From Thermoproteota archaeon (GTDB lineage: Archaea; Korarchaeota; Korarchaeia; Korarchaeales; JAOZGB01), in contig JAVCBU010000001.1 in the NCBI GenBank assembly GCA_037917685.1, forward strand, positions 1-60,824: a stretch of DNA of 60,824 bases. The letters run 5' to 3'. Of this stretch, positions 60,234 through 60,824 are shown piece after piece. The translations under genes were made by a program, and so were the position numbers. Each line of letters starts with the position of its first letter. The stretch's first letter is position 1. The notes beneath the pieces are model-generated. The model did no database searches and was not told where the DNA came from. It worked only from the letters and a program-made list of their open reading frames with translations.

Positions 60234-60824
60234 GGCTGAAGCGAACTTTTGAGGGATATAGCTTCTTCCTACTGGACTGCGACGGAGTTGTGTGGAGGGG
60301 GGACGTTCCCATAGGGACGGCTATAACGGCGATAAAGGAGCTTGAAAAGGCGGGCAAGATCGTGGCCTTCCTGACGAATAACTCCTCCCTTACTAGGAGG
60401 AGCTATGTTGCCAAGCTCTCCGGAATGGGCCTCAGCGTCTCCGTCGAGAGGATATTTACGAGCTCTTACGCTACGGCGTTACTGCTTTCGCCAAAGGGAG
60501 GGAAGGCCTTTGTGGTGGGCGAGGAGGGGATAGCCGAGGAGCTCGAATCGCAGGGGATATCAGTCGTCGAGAAGGGGTGGGCGGACTACGTAGTCGTAGG
60601 AATAGACAGGAGCTTTAGCTATTGGAAGCTGGCCAAGGCCATGAGGCTGATAAGAGGTGGAGCCATCTTCGTTGCTACCAACACGGATAAAACGATACCT
60701 TCTAGGGAAGGGGAACTTCCCGGGGCTGGGGCTATGGTTTCGGCCGTCGAGGCGTGTGCGGGCAGGCCCCCGGACGTGGTCGTTGGAAAGCCGGAGAGGA
60801 CGATATTCGAAATCGCCCTGGGGG
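60230..60824 (+). CDS. HAD-IIA (NagD-like) hydrolase (partial, runs off the right edge; absent from the ORF track)
   Basis: Manual translation from GTG 60230: FLLDCDGVVWRG, FLTNNS, IFTSS, ATNTD, PGAG, VGKP. Confidence 0.9.
   Translation, partial: MRLKRTFEGYSFFLLDCDGVVWRGDVPIGTAITAIKELEKAGKIVAFLTNNSSLTRRSYVAKLSGMGLSVSVERIFTSSYATALLLSPKGGKAFVVGEEGIAEELESQGISVVEKGWADYVVVGIDRSFSYWKLAKAMRLIRGGAIFVATNTDKTIPSREGELPGAGAMVSAVEACAGRPPDVVVGKPERTIFEIALG

Overview
Archaeal (TACK-like, probably Bathyarchaeia or a related lineage; inferred) chromosomal window dominated by energy metabolism. From left to right: a partial mtxX (methanogenesis marker 4) gene, a nitrilase and a malic enzyme. Next is a ~17 kb block in which a headless complex I-like operon (nuoABCDHIJJK plus an MrpD-type subunit) is surrounded by isoprenoid-quinone tailoring genes (long-chain polyprenyl synthase, geranylgeranyl reductase, MenA, MenG/UbiE-like methylase, B12-radical SAM) and a group 1h-like [NiFe] hydrogenase. 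A scrambled A-type ATPase cluster follows, with two different c-subunits and nuoL/nuoM inserted. A tRNA/tRNA-modification region contains an intein-split radical SAM gene, a three-intron tRNA-Lys(UUU), a two-intron tRNA-Thr(CGU), an integrase relic and an orphan tRNA 3' piece. Then comes an Lrp-flanked operon joining HdrA-MvhD/HdrC/HdrB with an FrhB-like protein and glutamate-synthase FMN and GXGXG subunits, with no glutamine amidotransferase subunit; this is the most novel-looking system here. Finally, a degenerate tRNA-Leu 3' half marks the start of a visibly GC-richer block (PadR, nucleotidyltransferase, enolase, HAD), which is either an island or an assembly junction. All family calls come from motif recognition by eye; no searches were run.
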